DNA of 64,000 nucleotides from the human T2T-CHM13v2.0 reference genome, Homo sapiens. Numbering within the stretch: the stretch's first letter is position 1; each line of letters begins with the position of its first letter. The stretch lies in assembly GCF_009914755.1 (NCBI RefSeq), contig NC_060926.1; one strand, 5' to 3'. Positions 57,979 to 64,000 of this stretch are shown piece by piece. The position numbers and the translations under genes were made by a program. The notes beneath the pieces are model-generated. The model made no database searches. It was not told the DNA's origin and was given only the letters and a program-made list of their open reading frames with translations.

Positions 57979-58328
57979 TGTCATAGTACACTCAGGCTGC
58001 TAGGATAAATACCACAGACATTTATTTCACACAGTTCTGGGAGCTGGAAAATCCAAGCTTGAGCTGATGGCAGATTCAGTGTCTGGTGAGGTCCTGCTTC
58101 GTGGTTCATTGATGGCTGTTTTCTCTGTGTCCTCACACCATAGAAGGGGTGAGAGAGCTCTCTGGGATCTCTTTAATGAGGGCCCTAATTTCATTCTGAG
58201 GGTTTTGCCCCCAAGACTTAATCACTTCCCAAAGTCTCCATCTGCAAATACCATCACACTGGGGATTAGGTTTCAACACATGAATTTGGGGTGGGGGAGC
58301 AGGGGCGACAAACATTCAGTCTATAGCA
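57979..58328 (-). mobile_element. MLT1A-type MaLR solo LTR (inserted in a MIR)
   Basis: ggcagattcagtgtctggtgagg...aataccatcacactggggattaggtttcaaca...aaacattcagtctatagca. Confidence 0.92.
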
Positions 58329-58591
58329 CCTGTACTTATATCAGCCACCTTGATAGGCTATTTTAAAATGTCTTATTTCATTTTACTTTATAACAACCCT
58401 GGAAAGTGTTTCTTTATAAAGATAAGCATAATTGAAGTTCATAAAGTATATGTCTTCTACCTATAATTGGATAGCTAGTAAATAAGTTGGTTAGTTACAT
58501 ATCTCAAATTCTAAGATACTGAATTTTGGCAGAGGTGAAATCTCCTACCAAGGAGAAAGAACATATTTGATATTTAAAATATATCATTTTA

Positions 58592-58925
<334 letters not shown>

Positions 58926-59559
58926 CTAATGGAAACTGAGTCCTTTCTCTTCAGGACAGTTTTGTTTTTTTCTTGTCATTTTATTTTGTTTTTCTATAAC
59001 AGTTCATCACAGCAGTTAATAAAAAGATGTGTAAAAATCCCACTTTTAACACTTGACCTTCATATCCGAGAAGTATCAATAAAGAGCCAGACACAGGAAA
59101 TTAATGTCTGAAAAAAACTAGGAGACTTAAAATATTAGGTGCATAAAGTAGAAAATAGATATCATTGAGGATATGAAGTGGTGAAAATGAGTGTTTGAGC
59201 CTAAGGCAAGAAATCCACAAATTATGGTTTTGAATGAGCATGTGTGGCTCAGGGAAGACATTAAGGGTAATGGTGAGTAAACAATTTGAAGAAAATATGA
59301 ACACAGTTTAATTTTACTGAAGCCAAGTTTTCATATCCAAGTATACTGCCTGATTTAAAAACTATATATGGGGCAAATATATAAAGCAGTTAATTATTTT
59401 TATTCATAGTGTTAAATAGGAGGGATTTCTTCAAATAATAAAGCTGCATGCATTTGTTTCCTGTGTTGTATCATCCTGAGTCTATCCCTGACACCAGATG
59501 CATTTTCTGATAAAAGTCAGCCAATAACTCTTATTTAGTAACTACTGTCTGCAGATTAT

Positions 59560-60010
59560 TATACTGGTTCATTTAGGACTTTTCTCAATACATTTGTCAG
59601 GAAACCCAAATATAATTGGCTTTAACAAAATGGAATTTAGTAGTTGATATACCTGAACAGTTTGGGATTATTCTAGCTGCAGACATAGCTATAGCCAGGT
59701 CTTCCTCAAGGCCTGGAGACCTGGTCCCACTTATTTTCATTCACAATGGGAAGAAGGATGAAGCAGGTCCGGACTTCTGGCCAGTGCAGCTTCGTGTATG
59801 CCCTGGTTTCACTCTGATTGGACCACCTTGAGGCATTTGCCAGTTCCTAAAATAGTCACGGTGGCCAGGGTGATCCAACGTTTGTTTGGCTGAGACTGAG
59901 CAATATGGTGGACTGAGAGAGAGAAAAAAAAAAGATTCCCTACAGGAATTTCCATTGCAAAGATAAAGGAGAATGCATCCCTGGGAAGCAAAAGTGAAAT
60001 ATGTCCACAA
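59560..60010 (-). mobile_element. Old MLT1 (K/L-like) LTR remnant
   Basis: gaaacccaa...tggctttaacaaaa...ggaattta; actctgattgg...tcacggtggccaggg. Confidence 0.6.
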
Positions 60011-60984
60011 TTTTTTTTAACTAATCCTTTTATTAGGCTATCTCCAAAGTGGACTTACTTCCATTACTCATTTTTCCTTTGTAAAACAAATGTGTGTTAG
60101 TGACTAGAATGGTGAGCAAGGAGATAGAATGCCTGCTTTCATGAATCTGGGGGTAAGTGAATGTGACCAGCCATTTGTACTCAAGGCCAATGGGGCTGGG
60201 GAGAGCGTGTGAATATGATGAATTGTATGACAAGTTACACCTGCCAAAAGTCAAAGCAGATGTAACTAATTATGCCTCTCTCTTAAAAGTCTGACTTTGA
60301 GTTGAGGCATATTCCTTGTCAAACAGGAAGAGGTGTTACTAGTGGCTCTCTAGATGGCCAATTTCCATGAGCACAGCTCAGCCTAGCTGGTCCTGATACC
60401 TAGAAAAGGCCATTCTGCTGGAGCAGGGATCCTTCTGGTAGGATGGGCCAGGGGGATGTTCAGTAGGCAGCACAAGGTGAGCATTTGGCTTTGAGCATCT
60501 TAAGAGAAGGCAACAGGGAGGCAGCATCAAATATAAACTTTTTAAATCATACTTTTAATGAAGAAAGTGTAAATATTAGTTTCTTTCTATTCATTCATAG
60601 AGAAATGCCCACATGAAAGATTCCAAGAGTTAACAGGTGACAGTGGCCCACCTGCCCACAGGCAAATCTCATCCTCTTCTTTACAGCTGTAACCACCACC
60701 ATTTCCCTTTCAGGTGTTCCCCCATTTAATGTATGGTTGAATGTGCCCTTTCCCTGATACTAGATGAAAACATCTTTTTGAAAATTTAACACAAAAAATC
60801 CCAAATGGTTTGCAAAGTTTGCAAAGGTAGAAATACACTGGAGTATGAATCAGTTTCAGAGATAGGTTTTTGAGCTCAACTCCAAAATATCACTACAGAA
60901 AAGAATTACTCAAGCAAGCAAACTCCTAGGCAACCCTTCAGTTTGTATCTCAAATTTCTAGATGTGCATAAAAGAGGATCAATA

Positions 60985-61055
60985 TCTTTATCTACTTATC
61001 TATCAATCATTATCTAGCTATCAGTCTACATCATTGTCATCATCATTATCTATCT
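60985..61055. repeat. Degenerate (TCTA)/(TCA)n
   Basis: tatctacttatctatcaatcattatctagctatc... Confidence 0.7.
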
Positions 61056-62323
61056 GGGGTGGGATTATATTTTTCCCAGTGCTTAGCAAAGAAAACTCTA
61101 CTACAAAATATTGACATGTTTGCCTCAAAACTGCATGCAGAAGCAACACCCCTGTCACTTTTGAAGATGATGTCTCACCTCAGCAGCTCACCTTTCTCAT
61201 GGGTTTTGTTTTTGTCTTCGAAAGGAAGCAGTTCTCATAAGGAAACACACAACATCAATGCTGATGGATTTCAAGCAGACAGCAAGACAAGGAACAAACT
61301 GTGGTGATTAGCATTGTCAGAGCAGTTTTGAAGTGCTTGTTTTGTACTTTTCTTTATCGGTCCTAATCAGCAGGTGCTTTGAAAAATTGATGCAAGTATT
61401 TAAGAAAGTTAACAACATGAGGGCTACAGTTGCCTAGATTATCTTGATACCTTGAGTTAAATGTAGGATTTTATTTTGATTTTCTTTGTGTGAAGTTTTT
61501 TGAGGTTACATGGTACCATATGGCATGCTTTACAGGCATGGCCTTATAATGCAAATGACTATCCTATAAGCAAAATTCAGTGGGAAAAGACTTAAATGTA
61601 GGAATTTTATGGCTAAAATTATTGACTGCATTTTATATATCAGACTGCTAAATGCTTCATATGCAGTATATCAGGTAAATTTGATACCAGTTTGACGGGG
61701 CCAATGCCGCTATTAAACAGCTAAGGAAATGGCCCCAGGGATTCAGTAGCTAATGTTATACAGCTGCTAAATAATGGCTCTGGGATAGTCTATAACTCCA
61801 TGATTCCAGTGCACAAATGTCCAGGCCTGTCTACTAGCCAATAATTTGTTTGGTGGAGATATTTACAAACATTGCATCAATTACTTCTGGAAAAATAACC
61901 CTCCTTGATTTAGATAATATTTTACACTTTGTGTTTTGTAATGGAATAACTAACCAACAGACAAGTAGATCTCACAACATTGCCTTCATTATATGAGAAA
62001 AAGCATACTTGTTTAAATTCAGGATTATGAAACTTGTTTTTATTTTTATAACATGAGATGTGTCAGGCTTAATCTATCTTGAGTGTTGGAGTCTTATTGC
62101 AACAAGACTCTTTCTTTAGCCCACATAACTTTCACTTCCAGCCAAATATTCCTATAGTGAAGTTAGCTTCTAACTCCTCAAGCCTCATTTAAATGCTCAG
62201 TCTGAAGCAGGAGAATGACCTATTTTCACAGGCATTCCTTATTTCTGGGGTCTTCCATTTGTCGTGATGCCTTCTCTTTCCCTGCTTCTTTGGTTTCTGA
62301 ATGCCGGAGGAATTGTTCCCAAG

Positions 62324-62782
62324 TATGTCAGTTCAGGTCTCCCAGGAAGCAGACACCATGACAGAGTTAGAAGTCTGGGAGGTTTATTGGGAAGAATGCC
62401 TGTGAGAGATAAAGAAGGAGGAAGCAGAAGAGGTAGGACAAGTCTGAGATCACAATGCAGGTCTAGCACCTGTAGAAGGAGAGGGGGAGGAAAAGCAATT
62501 GAATAGGAAGATCATCAGACTGTGATGCAGTGATGAGAAGGAAGGTCTTGACCAGTGCAACAGGGAAAGCCAGCCATAAAGGTTGCCTGAATCTGGGAAG
62601 AAGTAATCAGGTGTAATACCTCATTGTGCTCATCCATTGTCTAGGAGCTGCCCATGGACAACATAGCCTCAACTAAAATGCTGCACCAGATTTGGAAGAC
62701 GGCAGCTGGCAGCTGACTGCTATCCTCAGAGGAGGTTCTCTGTTGAGGGACTTCTGAGCCACACACCTCCATGGCTGCCACA
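62324..62782 (-). mobile_element. LTR16C-like LTR (3' LTR of an ERV-L provirus remnant)
   Basis: gtcagttcaggtctcccaggaagcagacacc...tttattggg...cacacctccatggctgccaca. Confidence 0.85.
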
Positions 62783-63640
62783 GTTCACTCCCTAGACTCA
62801 GCTGATGTCCTTCTCCTGCAGGCTTTGGGAACAGTTCTCTCCTAGCTCTCTTCTGGCTCTTCTTGAGGGGAAACTTGGAAGGGTGCAGTTAGTGAGATAA
62901 ACTATAGCCCTCATCACCGCAGTTTGTATGGGAGCTACGACTGGTTCTCGTCATCTCCCTCCTCCATCATTCATCCTAAATTCACCCCACCTTCAGGAAA
63001 CACTTCCACTTGTCTCAGTGGCTTACTTGGTGGAGAGACTAATCTCTCATTCGTGAGAAGTTGGAGTCCTTAGTAACCATAACCTTTCTGGGCCAGGGTT
63101 GCTGCGTATGACCTTTCAAAGTCACATTTGGCCAAGACAGTATCAAGAGGCACCCAAGTGGATAACCTTGGTTTCACACATACTTCTCTCTGCCCCATTG
63201 CATAAAATCAGCCTTACCTCCTGCTGACCAGGATCAGGGATATCTTCCACAATGGCAATGACACTTCTGTTTTGTTTGTTTCTTTGTTTTAGAGCTAGGG
63301 TCTTTCTTTGTTGCCCAGGCTGGAGTGGTGCAGTGGCATGATCATAGCCCACTGCAGCCCTGAACTCCTGGGCTCAAGCAAACCTCCCACCTCAGTCTCC
63401 AGAGTGTCTGGGAAACAGGTGCACACCACCATGATCAGCTTCTTGTTGCCCGTTACCCACTACACAAGGGGTGTTCAAATTGCTGAAGGGGCAGCTATAA
63501 GTTGTTGTTCAATGGGACACTTCCTGTGTCTTCTAGAAAGAGTGTGCCTCTTTGGGGACCTGGACCTTTTAACTCTGTAGAGTCCAGAGTTATAGGGATC
63601 GGAAACATAAAGTGCTCAATGGTTCATTGTTGTCTCGTCA
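62783..63640 (-). mobile_element. ERV-L (HERV16/ERV3-16A3-like) internal 3' remnant
   Basis: Directly abuts the LTR16 5' end, with a purine-rich PPT-like junction on the minus strand; internal similarity by recall only. Confidence 0.6.
63268..63439 (-). mobile_element. Alu monomer (FRAM/AluJ-like)
   Basis: gttgcccaggctggagt...gatcatagcccactgcagccctgaactcctgggctcaagc. Confidence 0.9.
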
Positions 63641-63699
63641 ATTAACTTCATTCCTCATGGCAAGTGCTCTCTTAAGAGATCTCAGTTGCATACCATCAC

Positions 63700-64000
63700 A
63701 GCTGCCAGGTATTTGATCTCCTACCTGTACAAGGAATATGCATCCCCATATATTGCCATATGACTTGCAGTATTTATTGGAGGAGAATAAGTCCCCAGGC
63801 CACTGACCTCAAGCTTGACCATAAGATTGGTTTTAGTCAGTGGAGAGTGATGGAAAGATTATAAGCCACATCTGAGCAGAAGCCAGGAGAGACATATAAG
63901 TTAGTTGGTGTTTTTCCTTCTCTGCCAGGAGAAAAAGTCCCAATGGGGCTACATCCTGGGGTGAAGAATATATGTGAAACAGAGCCACAGTTGATGTGCA
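63700..64000 (+). mobile_element. Old MLT1 (H/I/J-like) LTR remnant, runs off window
   Basis: ttgccatatgacttgcagt...ccactgac...gcttgaccat...gccacatctgagcagaag...cagagccacagttga. Confidence 0.55.

Overview
Primate (very probably human) non-coding genomic DNA: AT-rich, CpG-depleted, with no CpG island, no recognisable host protein-coding exon and no tRNA/rRNA/snRNA gene. The window is a mosaic of interspersed repeats: about 18 Alu copies or fragments (J, S and Y types), two 5'-truncated L1PA elements facing tail-to-tail, an old L1MB end, solo ERV1 LTRs (MER50, LTR36-like), MaLR LTRs (MLT1, THE1C, MSTB), LTR16 with adjoining ERV-L internal sequence, hAT MITEs (MER1B, MER5, MER20, MER63), many MIR/L2 relics and microsatellites. 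The only long ORF (605 aa) is the C-terminal half of LINE-1 ORF2p. I cannot demonstrate a new biological system. The most unusual structure is a 99-nt hairpin at 11944-12042 (45-bp stem; 40 Watson-Crick pairs, 4 G-U-compatible pairs, 1 mismatch) whose loop is Alu sequence and whose right arm splits that Alu. Other notable items are a second Alu fold-back (24757-24823), several inverted Alu/L1 pairs, local tandem duplications and a few enhancer-like segments. Repeat subfamily names come from my recall of consensus sequences and need RepeatMasker/Dfam confirmation; boundaries of old repeats are approximate.
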